A DNA stretch of 64,000 nt from Dendrobates tinctorius (lineage: Eukaryota): positions 30,566,001 to 30,630,000 of the forward strand of contig NW_027361754.1 in assembly GCF_039654945.1 (NCBI RefSeq), written 5' to 3'. Positions 13,214-25,604 of the stretch are shown piece after piece; position 1 is the first letter of the stretch; each line of letters opens with the position of its first letter. A program made the translations under genes and the position numbers. Under the pieces are notes generated by a model. It was given only the letters and a program-made list of their open reading frames with translations, was not told the origin of the DNA and searched no databases.

Positions 13214-13460
13214 CTTCGTCCGCCAACCACAAAACGACGACACACCACCAAGCGCCGCCGTCGCACAAGTACTACGTCATTTCCTCACATGACCACGCCC
13301 TATGACAGGCGAAGAGGGGCGGATAACTCTTTGTGGGAGGAGTTTGGAGCGGATCTTGCCGATATTTATAGCTAGGCAACGAATAAGCCAATCAGGTGGC
13401 TGTTTATTTTCAAACATTTCCTGATCATAAGTAAGAGCCGGGCTGTGATTGGCTGTAGCC
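13214..13460 (-). promoter_or_regulatory. RBM7 promoter / 5' UTR region
   Basis: CpG-rich sequence directly upstream of the ATG. Contains CRE/ETS-like ACGTCATTTCC (~13274), E-box TCACATGA (~13285), GC boxes CCACGCCC and GGGGCGG, and CCAAT/ATTGG boxes (~13389, ~13448). Confidence 0.55.
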
Positions 13461-15019
13461 TCCTGCCCCTTTTCTTATTTTTAGTAGTTGAAATAATTGT
13501 GTGTACCCTCCTTGCGGCCGGCGCTGGGTTTCTGGCCTGTAGTTTTATTGATGCCAGTTTTTTTTACAGTCAATGTATTCATCACTTTTCATTCTATTTT
13601 TTTTTTAATGCTGAAAAAAACTAATTCTGTCATTTTGATTTTTTTTTTTACCACCCGAGGGGTTAATTAATTTTATATATTGGTAACCCGGACTGTTACG
13701 GACCTGGCGATGTCAGATATATTTATTGTTTTTCTTTTTTTGGGATTTGGAAGACTTACATTTTTCCTTTTGTTCTTGTTTTTATTTGTTTTTTATATTT
13801 TTTTAAAATATATTTTATACATTTTTTTTAGTCCCCTAAAGAGACTTGAACCTGCCGTCCTTCATGGGGGTTCAAAAGTGGTGGTAGCAAAGGTCTTCGG
13901 GGAGCGCCTATCTCTCTTGGCGACACATCGGAACCTTGTGGTCACGTCGCTGGCGGTCATTGGGTAACCGAAATGATTACACATGGATCACCCCAGTAAA
14001 ATGCTGCTGACCGTGATTGACAAAGACTTTTAAAGGGGCAATCTGAAGTCTGGAAGGTATTCCCTATCCATTGGATAACGTCCCGATCTCTGGGTGTCTG
14101 ACCACTAGGACCCCTCCCCCACTGATCCCAGGGCTCAAGTGGAGTGGAGGTCAATCATGCTCACGTCTCCTGCATTCATTCTTATGGGGGTTCAAGTGGT
14201 CAAATCCCCTGCGATTGGGTAACATCCAAACTTGAGAATACCCCTTTAATTGGATGTAGTATGATTGGCGATCACGCTACCGCTTGTATATATACTACAG
14301 CTTTTGGCTGTATAACACAGCTGGCACTCGCTGTGTGTGGAAACAGCGCAGCTTATGCATCGACACCAGACATAGGGTACTGATTGGTGATAATTTTTAG
14401 ATTGGACCAAAAATAGGAGTTTGTAGCACCTGATCTCACCCAGCCGCAGGAGTAATGAGGAGGAGCGTAATGAAGTGGTAATGTCCGCACCCTGCCTTTC
14501 CCGCCAATACATAGCGATATCTTCCTCACCGTGCTATACATTCAGAATAGAGTGAAGAGATTGGTTTACACCTGAACCCTGCCACTTCCTCCTGATCACA
14601 GCACAACTTTCATCTTCCTCTCCATCCATACATTTACAGTATAATGGAACAGTAAGGTGTACACCCATCCAAGTTCCTGGCAAGGGAAGATCACATCCTC
14701 CATTCCATCAATCAGTATAATTATCACCTAAAATATAATCGTGCATGGGTTCATTCAGGGGCGGATATATAATTGGTGCAACTTGTGCAGCTGGCCCAAG
14801 AAATAAGGGGGCCACATCCACCTCAAAAGCAGGTGGAATTGTGCATTATGATGAGCTATTGGACTGCAAAGGGCCCATGTACTGTTCTTGCACAGGGTCG
14901 TCGCCTGTGTCCGCCAGTTACATACAAGCTGTCACGACTCTGTTGTCACATTAGCGAGGACCAGGGACTTGGGAATGTAAACTAGGAGAGGAAGGAACAT
15001 TGCTGGCACCTTTCCAAAA

Positions 15020-16430
15020 TTGTTGGTATACATCTTTGTTTCAAGCATGTGATGCTCGTTCAAACTCAGCTGTGGCAAGTAACAGGTGTGAGCAATATGA
15101 ATATGAAACCAGATTAAAAGGGGAGAAGTTGACGCAAACTTTGCATTGTGTGTCAGTGTGAACAAAAAGAGAACTGTCTGAGGACTTGAGAACCAAAATT
15201 GTTGAAAAGTATCAACAATCTCAAGGTTACACGTCCATCTCCAGAGATCGTGATGCGCCTTTGTCCACTGTGCGCAAGTTAATCAAGTTTACAATCTATG
15301 ACACTGTAGCTAATCTGCATGGGCGGCAGTGAATAATGATGAAAGGTTGCAATGCAGGATAGTTCAGATGGTGGATAGCAACCCCAATCAAGTTCCAATG
15401 AAATTCACACTGTCCTGCAGGCTCAGGATCAGCGCAAACTATGTCTCCACATGTGAATGAAATGAAACGCTATGTCAGGAGACCCTGGAGGACCCCCCTG
15501 CTGACACAGAGACATTAAAAGCTAAACTACAGTTTGCCAAAATGTACTTGAGTAAGCCAAAATTCATCTGGAAAAGCATCTTGTGAATAGATACGAGTCT
15601 AAGATAGTGATTTTTTAGTAAAGAACATCATTCTGTTTACTGAAAGAGAATGAGGCCTACAAAGAAAAGAACACAGAACCTACAGTCAAATATAGTGGAG
15701 GTTCAGAGATGTTTTGGGGTTGCTTTGTTGCCTTGACTATGTGCAAGATATCATGTAATCTGAAAATTACCAGCAGATGTGTTGCAATGTATTGCCCAGT
15801 GTCAGAAAGCTGGGTTTGCATCCTATGTCATGGGTCTTCCAGCAGGACAATGACCCCAAACATACTTCAAGAAGCCCCAAGAAATGGAAAGAAACAAATC
15901 ACTGGAAGATTCTGAAGCGGCTGCAATGAGTCTGGATCAAAATCCTATCAACCATCTGTGAAGAGATCTTAAAGTTGCTGTTGGGAGAAGGCGCCTTCAC
16001 ATACGAGCGACCTGGAGTAGTTTGCAAAAGAAGAGTACTCCAAAATTTCAGCTGAGAAATGTAAGAAGCTTGTTGACGGTTATAGGAAGCAATTGATTTC
16101 AGTTATTTATTCCAAAGGGTGCAACAAAATATTAAGTTGAGGGTGCAAACAATTTTGTCCAGCTCATTTTTGTGGTTTTGCGTGATGTCCAATTTGCCTT
16201 TTTTTTCCTCTATTTTTGTGTTGTTCCAATACACACAAAAGAAATAAATGTGTATAACAAAACTAGAGTAAGGCCGAGGTCAGACTTGCGAGAAACTTGC
16301 ACGTCAATTAACGTGTGAGACTCATGCGAGTTTCTCGCAAGTCTGACCCCAGCCTAATCGCAATAATCTTCTGGGGGAAATACTTCATTTTTTAGAACAA
16401 GGGTGTCAACACTTTTGGCCATATTTGACT
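15020..16430 (+). mobile_element. Degenerate Tc1/mariner element
   Basis: Transposase remnants KRELSEDLRTKIVEKYQQSQGY (~15167), MFWGCF and [10 protein letters not shown] (~15838); many stops; left boundary approximate. Confidence 0.75.
16272..16354. mobile_element. 83-bp Harbinger-like MITE inside the Tc1 relic
   Basis: TAA|ggccgaggtcagacttgcgagaaact ... agtttctcgcaagtctgaccccagcc|TAA. Confidence 0.7.
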
Positions 16431-16576
16431 CTATATACTTGTAAAAACAAGTGTTATTCTGCAAAAGACTAGTTCTGTGAGGCCATTATTCCACCCCAGA
16501 GTTGTCCTGCCGCCACCCAGGTTTGATTGACATAATTTGCGAGAGTGCCATCACCATCAGCTCCTTGCAAACCTCT

Positions 16577-19500
16577 CGCAGGTGACCGTCCTCCCTGGTC
16601 ATGCAGGTGCACACTCCCCTGTGCCTCCCCCGTCATGCAGGTGTACACTCTCCTGTGCCTCCCTGGTAATGAAGGTGTACACTCCACTACTCCCCTGCCC
16701 CTCCCTGGTCATGCAGGTGTACATTCCTCTGTGCCTCCTCGGTCATGCAGGTGTACACTCCCCTATGCATCCCTGGTCATGCAGGTGTACACTCCTTTGT
16801 GCTTCCCCGGTCATGCACGTGTACACTCCCCTGTCTCTCCCCGGTCATGCAGGTGTACACTCCCCTGTGCCTCCCCAGTCATGCAGGTGTACATTCCCGT
16901 GCCTCCCCGGGCATGCAGGTGTACACTCCCCTGTGCCTCCTCGGTCATGCAGGTGTACACTCCCCTGTGCCTCCCCGGTCATGCAGGTGTAGTCTCCCCT
17001 GTGCCTCCCTGGCCATGCAGGTGTAGTCTCCCCTGTGCCTCCCTGGCCATGCAGGTGTAGTCTCCCCTGTGCCTCCCAGGCCATGCAGGTGTAGTCTCCC
17101 CTGTGCCTCCCAGGCCATGCAGGTGTACAATACCCTGTGCCTCCCCGGTCATGCAGGTGTACACTCCCCTGTGCCTCCCCGGTCATGCAGGTGTACACTC
17201 CACTACTCCCTTGTGCCTCCCCGGTCATGCAGGTATACACTCTCCTGTGCCTCCCCGATCATGCAGGTGTACACTCCACTACTCCCTTGTGCCTCCCCGC
17301 TCCTGCAGGTTACACTCTCCTGTGCCGCCCCAATCATGCAGGTGTACACTCCGCTGTGTCTCCCCGATCATGCAGGTATACACTCCGCTGTGCCTCCCCG
17401 GTCATGCAGGTGTACACTCTACTACTCCCCTGTGCCTCCCCGGTCATGCAGGTTACACTCTCCTGTGCCTCCCCAATCATGCAGGTATACACTCCGCTGT
17501 GCCTCCCCGATCATGCAGGTATACACTCCGCTGTGCCTCCCCGGTCATGCAGGTTACACTCTCCTGTGCCTCCCCGGTCATGCAGGTGTACACTCTACTA
17601 CTCCCCTGTGCCTCCCCGGTCATGTAGGTTACACTCTCCTGTGCCTCCCCGGTCATGCAGGTATACACTCCGCTGTGCCTCCCCAATCATGCAGGTATAC
17701 ACTCCGCTGTGCCTCCCAGGGCATGCAGGTATACACTCCGCTGTGCCTCCCCAGTCATGCAGGTTACACTCTCCTGTGCCTCCCCGGTCATGCAGGTTAC
17801 ACTCTCCTGTGCCTCCCCGGTCATGCAGGTATACACTCCGCTGTGCCTCCCCAGTCATGCAGGTTACACTCTCCTGTGCCTCCCCGGTCATGCAGGTTAC
17901 ACTCTCCTGTGCCTCCCCGGTCATGCAGGTTACACTCTCCTGTGCCGCCCCAATCATGCAGGTATACACTCCGCTGTGCCTCCCCGGTCATGCAGGTATA
18001 CACTCTACTACTCCCCTGTGCCTCCCCGGTCATGCAGGTTACACTCCGCTGTGCCTCCCCGGTCATGCAGGTGTACATTCCCCTGTGCCTCTCCGGTCAT
18101 GCAGGTGTACATTCCCCTGTGCCTCCCCAGGCATGCAGGTGTACACTACCCTGTGCCTCCCCGGGCATGCAGATGTACTCTCCCCTGTGCCTCCCTGGTC
18201 ATGCAGGTGTAGTCTCCCCTGTGCCTCCCTGGTCATGCAGGTGTAGTCTCCCCTGTGCCTCCCTGGCCATGCAGGTGTAGTCTCCCCTGTGCCTCCCAGG
18301 CCATGCAGGTGTAGTCTCCCCTGTGCCTCCCAGGCCATGCAGGTGTACACTACCCTGTGCCTCCCCGGTCATGCAGGTGTACACTCCCCTGTGCCTCCCC
18401 GGTCATGCAGGTGTACACTTCACTACTCCCTTGTGCCTCCCCGGTCATGCAGGTGTACACTTCACTACTCCCTTGTGCCTCCCCGGTCATGCAGGTATAC
18501 ACTCTCCTGTGCCTCCCCGATCATGCAGGTGTACACTCCACTACTCCCTTGTGCCTCCCCGCTCCTGCAGGTTACACTCTCCTGTGCCGCCCCAATCATG
18601 CAGGTATACACTCCGCTGTGCCTCCCCGGGCATGCAGGTATACACTCCGCTGTGCCTCCCCGATCATGCAGGTTACACTCTCCTGTGCCTCCCCAGTCAT
18701 GCAGGTATACACTCTCCTGTGCCTCCCCGGTCATGCAGGTATACACTCCGCTGTGCCTCCCCGGCCATGCAGGTTACACTCCGCTGTGCCTCCCCGGTCA
18801 TGCAGGTTACACTCTCCTGTGCCTCCCCGGTCATGCAGGTTACACTCTCCTGTGCCTCCCCGGTCATGCAGGTTACACTCTCCTGTGCCTCCCCGGTCAT
18901 GCAGGTTACACTCTCCTGTGCCTCCCCGGTCATGCAGGTTACACTCTCCTGTGCCTCCCCGGTCATGCAGGTGTACACTCTCCTGTGCCTCCCCGGTCAT
19001 GCAGGTGTACACTCCGCTGTGCCTCCCCGGGCATGCAGGTGTACACTCCACTACTCTCCTGTGCCTCCCCGGTCATGCAGGTTACACCCTCCTGTACCTC
19101 CCCGGTCATGCAGGTTACACTCTCCTGTGCCTCCCCGGTCATGCAGGTTACACTCTCCTGTGCCTCCCCGGGCATGCAGGTTACACCCTCCTGTGCCTCC
19201 CCGGGCATGCAGGTTACACCCTCCTGTGCCTCCCCGGTCATGCAGGTTACACTCTCCTGTGCCTCCCCGGGCATGCAGGTATACACTCTACTACTCCCCT
19301 GTGCCTCCCCGGTCATGCAGGTTACACTCTCCTGTGCCTCCCCGGGCATGCAGATTACACTCTCCTGTGCCTCCCCGGTCATGCAGGTTACACTCTCCTG
19401 TGCCTCCCCGGTCATGCAGGTATACACTCTACTACTCCCCTGTGCCTCCCCGGTCATGCAGGTGTACACTCCACTACTCTCCTGTGCCTCCCTGGTCATG

Positions 19501-20650
19501 CAGGTTACACCCTCCTGTGCCTCCCCGGTCATGCAGGTTACACTCTCCTGTGCCTCCCCGGTCATGCAGGTGTACACTCCACTACTCTCCTGTGCCTCCC
19601 TGGTCATGCAGGTTACACCCTCCTGTGCCTCCCCGGTCATGCAGGTTACACTCTCCTGTTCCTCCCCGGTCATGCAGGTTACACTCTCCTGTGCCTCCCC
19701 GGTTATGCAGGTTACACTCTCCTGTGCCTCCCCGGGCATGCAGGTTACACCCTCCTGTGCCTCCCCGGGCATGCAGGTTACACCCTCCTGTGCCTCCCCG
19801 GTCATGCAGGTTACACTCTCCTGTGCCTCCCCGGTCATGCAGGTGTACACTCCACTACTCTCCTGTGCCTCCCTGGTCATGCAGGTTACACCCTCCTGTG
19901 CCTCCCCGGTCATGCAGGTTACACTCTCCTGTGCCTCCCCGGTCATGCAGGTGTACACTCCACTACTCTCCTGTGCCTCCCTGGTCATGCAGGTTACACC
20001 CTCCTGTGCCTCCCCGGTCATGCAGGTTACACTCTCCTGTGCCTCCCCGGTCATGCAGGTGTACACTCCACTACTCTCCTGTGCCTCCCTGGTCATGCAG
20101 GTTACACTCTCCTGTGCCTCCCCGGTCATGCAGGTTACACCCTCCTGTGCCTCCCCGGGCATGCAGGTTACACTCTCCTGTGCCTCCCCGGGCATGCAGG
20201 TTACACCCTCCTGTGCCTCCCCGGTCATGCAGGTTACACTCTCCTGTGCCTCCCCGGTCATGCAGGTTACACTCTCCTGTGCCTCCCCGGTCATGCAGGT
20301 TACACCCTCCTGTGCCTCCCCGGTCATGCAGGTTACACCCTCCTGTGCCTCCCCGGTCATGCAGGTTACACTCTCCTGTGCCTCCACGGTCATGCAGGTT
20401 ACACTCTCCTGTGCCTCCCCGGTCATGCAGGTTACACTCTCCTGTGCCTCCCCGGTCATGCAGGTTACACTCTCCTGTGCCTCCCCGGTCATGCAGGTTA
20501 CACTCTCCTGTGCCTCCCGGGGCATGCAGGTATACACTCTACTATTCCCCTGTGCCTCCCCGGTCATGCAGGTTACACTCCGCTGTGCCTCCCCGGTCAT
20601 GCAGGTTACACTCCACTACTCTCCTGTGCCTCCCCGATCATGCAGGTTCC
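16577..20650. repeat. Minisatellite, 33-34-bp unit with a 42-bp variant, ~4.1 kb
   Basis: Unit ctcctgtgcctccccggtcatgcaggt(t/gt/at)acact, some copies with an extra cactact; C-rich on the + strand. Confidence 0.97.
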
Positions 20651-20749
20651 CATGACCCATCCAATGCCTACTGTGATGTGAAGCCCTCACTGGTTGTCAT
20701 TATGTAGCCATTCTTGCCACTTGGTGAAATCCCCGCACTTTCCCCTACG

Positions 20750-21152
20750 CAGAGCACGTGGCTCCTTATGGCAGCACTTGCTCAGCCAGTTTCCCCCACA
20801 TTGCATCAGCCCCGTGCACCAGATGCAGACACCCATCAAGTTACCCGGCAGCGCCACTTTTAATGCCCCACCCACGTGTCAGACACTGCGTGACGTCATG
20901 GTATCGTGGACAAATTAGCGACTTTGATGGAACGTGGACCAATGGCAATGAGGAAGCCGGACACTTCTCTAAAGCCTGATTGGCTGGAGGTCCGCGCTCG
21001 GCTGACGCTGGAGCTGCCGGTAATTCTACCAATCAGCTTGCGCCGCGTTCAGGCCTGTGCGCGATACTGTCCGGGCTCTGCAGGCGGGTGACTGGTGGAT
21101 ATACAGCCCGGAGCGCGACCGAGCGACACACTGCGCCGAGCCGTGGACACAG
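20750..21152 (+). promoter_or_regulatory. HYOU1: HYOU1 ER-stress-responsive promoter and short non-coding exon 1
   Basis: TGACGTCA at 20891-20898. CGTGGACCAAT at 20933-20943 is the exact reverse of ERSE-II (ATTGG-N-CCACG), with a 1-mismatch copy at 20905-20915. CCAAT-N9-CCGCG at 21029-21047 is ERSE-I with 1 mismatch. ATTGG at 20979, TATA-like GATATACA at ~21098, donor CAG|GTGAGG at 21152/21153. Confidence 0.75.
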
Positions 21153-21165
21153 GTGAGGAGTGCGG

Positions 21166-22802
21166 CCTGCACTGATGGTGAGGGGTGACTGTGCTGTCCA
21201 TGGTGTGCATTGCACTGATGGTGAGGGGTGACTGTGCTGTCCATGGTGTGCACTGCACTGATGGTGAGGGGTGACTGTGCTGTCCATGGTGTACACTGCA
21301 CTGATGGTGAGGGGTGACTGTGCTGTCCATGGTGTGCATTGCACTGATGGTGAGGGGTGACTGTGCTGTCCATGGTGTGCACTGCACTGATGGTGAGGGG
21401 TGACTGTGCTGTCCATGGTGTGCACTGCACTGATGGTGAGGGGTGACTGTGCTGTCCATGGTGTGCACTGCACTGATGGTGAGGGGTGACTGTGCTGTCC
21501 ATGGTGTACACTGCACTGATGGTGAGGGGTGACTGTGCTGTCCATGGTGTACACTGCACTGATGATGAGGGGTGACTGTGCTGTCCATGGTGTGCACTGC
21601 ACTGATGGTGAGGGGTGACTGTGCTGTCCATGGTGTGCACTGCACTGATGATGAGGGGTGACTGTGCTGTCCATGGTGTGCACTGCACTGATGGTGAGGG
21701 GTGACTGTGCTGTCCATGGTGTGCACTGCACTGATGGTGAGGGGTGACTGTGCTGTCCATGGTGTACACTGCACTGATGGTGAGGGGTGACTGTGCTGTC
21801 CATGGTGTACACTGCACTGATGGTGAGGGGTGACTGTGCTGTCCATGGTGTGCATTGCACTGATGGTGAGGGGTGACTGTGCTGTCCATGGTGTGCATTG
21901 CACTGATGGTGAGGGGTGACTGTGCTGTCCATGGTGTGCACTGCACTGATGGTGAGGGGTGACTGTCCTGTCCATGGTGTGCACTGCACTGATGGTGAGG
22001 GGTCACTGTGCTGTCCATGGTGTGCACTGCACTGATGGTGAGGGGTGACTGTGCTGTCCATGGTGTGCACTGCACTGATGGTGAGGGGTGACTGTGCTGT
22101 CCATGGTGTACACTGCACTGATGGTGAGGGGTGACTGTGCTGTCCATGGTGTACACTGCACTGATGGTGAGGGGTGACTGTGCTGTCCATGGTGTGCATT
22201 GCACTGATGGTGAGGGGTGACTGTGCTGTCCATGGTGTGCACTGCACTGATGGTGAGGGGTGACTGTGCTGTCCATGGTGTGCACTGCACTGATGGTGAG
22301 GGGTGACTGTGCTGTCCATGGTGTGCACTGCACTGATGGTGAGGGGTCACTGTGCTGTCCATGGTGTGCACTGCACTGATGGTGAGGGGTCACTGTGCTG
22401 TCCATGGTGTGCACTGCACTGATGGTGAGGGGTCACTGTGCTGTCCATGGTGTGCACTGCACTGATGGTGAGGGGTCACTGTGCTGTCCATGGTGTGCAC
22501 TGCACTGACGGTGAGGGGTGACTGTGCTGTCCATGGTGTGCATTGCACTGATGGTGAGGGGTGACTGTGCTGTCCATGGTGTACACTGCACTGATGGTGA
22601 GGGGTCATTGTGCTGTCCATGGTGTGCACTGCACTGATGATGAGGGGTGACTGTGCTGTCCATGGTGTGCACTGCACTGATGGTGAGGGGTGACTGTGCT
22701 GTCCATGGTGTGCACTGCACTGATGGTGAGGGGTGACTGTGCTGTCCATGGTGTGCACTGCACTGATGGTGAGGGGTGACTGTCCTGTCCATGGTGTGCA
22801 CT
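21166..22802. repeat. Minisatellite block A, 43-bp unit, ~38 copies (HYOU1 intron 1)
   Basis: Unit gcactgatggtgaggggtgactgtgctgtccatggtgtgcact. Confidence 0.97.
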
Positions 22803-25356
22803 GCACTGATGATGAGGCCTGACAGCCCTGGGCACGGCGCACGCTGCACTGATGATGAGGCCTGACAGCCCTGGGCACGGCGCACGCTGCACTGATGATG
22901 AGGCCTGACAGCCCTGGGCACGGCGCACGCTGCACTGATGATGAGGCCTGACAGTCCTGGGCACGGCGCACGCTGCACTGACGATGAGGCCTGACAGTCC
23001 TGGGCACTGCGCACGCTGCACTGACGATGAGGCCTGACAGTCCTGGGCACGGCGCACGCTGCACTGACGATGAGGCCTGACAGTCCTGGGCACGGCGCAC
23101 GCTGCACTGACGATGAGGCCTGACAGTCCTGGGCACGGCGCACGCTGCACTGACGATGAGGCCTGACAGTCCTGGGCACGGCGCACGCTGCACTGACGAT
23201 GAGGCCTGACAGTCCTGGGCACGGCGCACGCTGCACTGACGATGAGGCCTGACAGTCCTGGGCACGGCGCACGCTGCACTGACGAGGAGGCCTGACAGTC
23301 CTGGGCACGGCGCACGCTGCACTGACGAGGAGGCCTGACAGTCCTGGGCACGGCGCACGCTGCACTGACGAGGAGGCCTGACAGTCCTGGGCACGGCGCA
23401 CGCTGCACTGACGAGGAGGCCTGACAGTCCTGGGCACGGCGCACGCTGCACTGACGAGGAGGCCTGACAGTCCTGGGCACGGCGCACGCTGCACTGACGA
23501 GGAGGCCTGACAGTCCTGGGCACGGCGCACGCTGCACTGACGAGGAGGCCTGACAGTCCTGGGCACGGCGCACGCTGCACTGACGAGGAGGCCTGACAGT
23601 CCTGGGCACGGCGCACGCTGCACTGACGAGGAGGCCTGACAGTCCTGGGCACGGCGCACGCTGCACTGACGAGGAGGCCTGACAGTCCTGGGCACGGCGC
23701 ACGCTGCACTGACGAGGAGGCCTGACAGTCCTGGGCACGGCGCACGCTGCACTGACGAGGAGGCCTGACAGTCCTGGGCACGGCGCACGCTGCACTGACG
23801 AGGAGGCCTGACAGTCCTGGGCACGGCGCACGCTGCACTGACGAGGAGGCCTGACAGTCCTGGGCACGGCGCACGCTGCACTGACGAGGAGGCCTGACAG
23901 TCCTGGGCACGGCGCACGCTGCACTGACGAGGAGGCCTGACAGTCCTGGGCACGGCGCACGCTGCACTGACGAGGAGGCCTGACAGTCCTGGGCACGGCG
24001 CACGCTGCACTGACGAGGAGGCCTGACAGTCCTGGGCACGGCGCACGCTGCACTGACGAGGAGGCCTGACAGTCCTGGGCACGGCGCACGCTGCACTGAC
24101 GAGGAGGCCTGACAGTCCTGGGCACGGCGCACGCTGCACTGACGACGAGGCCTGACAGTCCTGGGCACGGCGCACGCTGCACTGACGACGAGGCCTGACA
24201 GTCCTGGGCACGGCGCACGCTGCACTGACGACGAGGCCTGACAGTCCTGGGCACGGCGCACGCTGCACTGACGAGGAGGCCTGACAGTCCTGGGCACGGC
24301 GCACGCTGCACTGACGAGGAGGCCTGACAGTCCTGGGCACGGCGCACGCTGCACTGACGAGGAGGCCTGACAGTCCTGGGCACGGCGCACGCTGCACTGA
24401 CGAGGAGGCCTGACAGTCCTGGGCACGGCGCACGCTGCACTGACGAGGAGGCCTGACAGTCCTGGGCACGGCGCACGCTGCACTGACGAGGAGGCCTGAC
24501 AGTCCTGGGCACGGCGCACGCTGCACTGACGAGGAGGCCTGACAGTCCTGGGCACGGCGCACGCTGCACTGACGAGGAGGCCTGACAGTCCTGGGCACGG
24601 CGCACGCTGCACTGACGAGGAGGCCTGACAGTCCTGGGCACGGCGCACGCTGCACTGACGAGGAGGCCTGACAGTCCTGGGCACGGCGCACGCTGCACTG
24701 ACGAGGAGGCCTGACAGTCCTGGGCACGGCGCACGCTGCACTGACGAGGAGGCCTGACAGTCCTGGGCACGGCGCACGCTGCACTGACGAGGAGGCCTGA
24801 CAGTCCTGGGCACGGCGCACGCTGCACTGACGAGGAGGCCTGACAGTCCTGGGCACGGCGCACGCTGCACTGACGAGGAGGCCTGACAGTCCTGGGCACG
24901 GCGCACGCTGCACTGACGAGGAGGCCTGACAGTCCTGGGCACGGCGCACGCTGCACTGACGACGAGGCCTGACAGTCCTGGGCACGGCGCACGCTGCACT
25001 GACGACGAGGCCTGACAGTCCTGGGCACGGCGCACGCTGCACTGACGACGAGGCCTGACAGTCCTGGGCACGGCGCACGCTGCACTGACGACGAGGCCTG
25101 ACAGTCCTGGGCACGGCGCACGCTGCACTGACGAGGAGGCCTGACAGTCCTGGGCACGGCGCACGCTGCACTGACGAGGAGGCCTGACAGTCCTGGGCAC
25201 GGCGCACGCTGCACTGACGATGAGGCCTGACAGTCCTGGGCACGGCGCACGCTGCACTGATGATGAGGCCTGACAGTCCTGGGCACGGCGCACGCTGCAC
25301 TGATGATGAGGCCTGACAGTCCTGGGCACGGCGCACGCTGCACTGATGATGAGGCC
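22803..25356. repeat. Minisatellite block B, 43-bp CpG-rich unit, ~59 copies (HYOU1 intron 1)
   Basis: Unit gcactgacgaggaggcctgacagtcctgggcacggcgcacgct. Confidence 0.97.
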
Positions 25357-25531
25357 TCGGTCACTAGTTGAAGATTGACGTGTTTTAGTGCCACTGTGGA
25401 GACTGTTGGCACATTCTAGCCGGCTTCTTGTGGCTCCTGCAGTCTGTGGTCTCCGTGACTTTGGATTTATCGCTCATATATACCATTTACATTGTGCAGG
25501 TGTATAGAATTTGTGGAGTGACCCCTGCAAG

Positions 25532-25604
25532 ATGGGCCCTCGGACGTGGACACTGTGTGCCCTTCTCTCAGTTTTCCTGGTGGTCCTGCTCCCCTCCACA
25601 ACAG
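25532..25604 (+). CDS. HYOU1: HYOU1 coding exon 1 (signal peptide [24 protein letters not shown])
   Basis: Acceptor tgcag| at 25499; AAGATGG start context; ACAG|gtaaga, phase 1 matching the next exon. Confidence 0.82.

Noticed and set aside
13460-15000. A small gene head-to-head with RBM7
   Set aside because: Only short low-complexity ORFs and repeat fragments are present, with no recognisable coding signal.
16537-20707. ORFs of up to 794 aa in all three plus frames and some minus frames
   Set aside because: Products of a stop-free 33/34-bp minisatellite; the same peptides recur across frames and there are no domain features.
21166-25356. CRISPR-like regular repeat
   Set aside because: Units are head-to-tail with no unique spacers and no cas genes, and the context is a eukaryotic intron.
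21026-25412. Minus-strand ORFs of 300-979 aa
   Set aside because: Translations of 43-bp tandem repeats that lack stops on that strand; they lie in HYOU1 intron 1.
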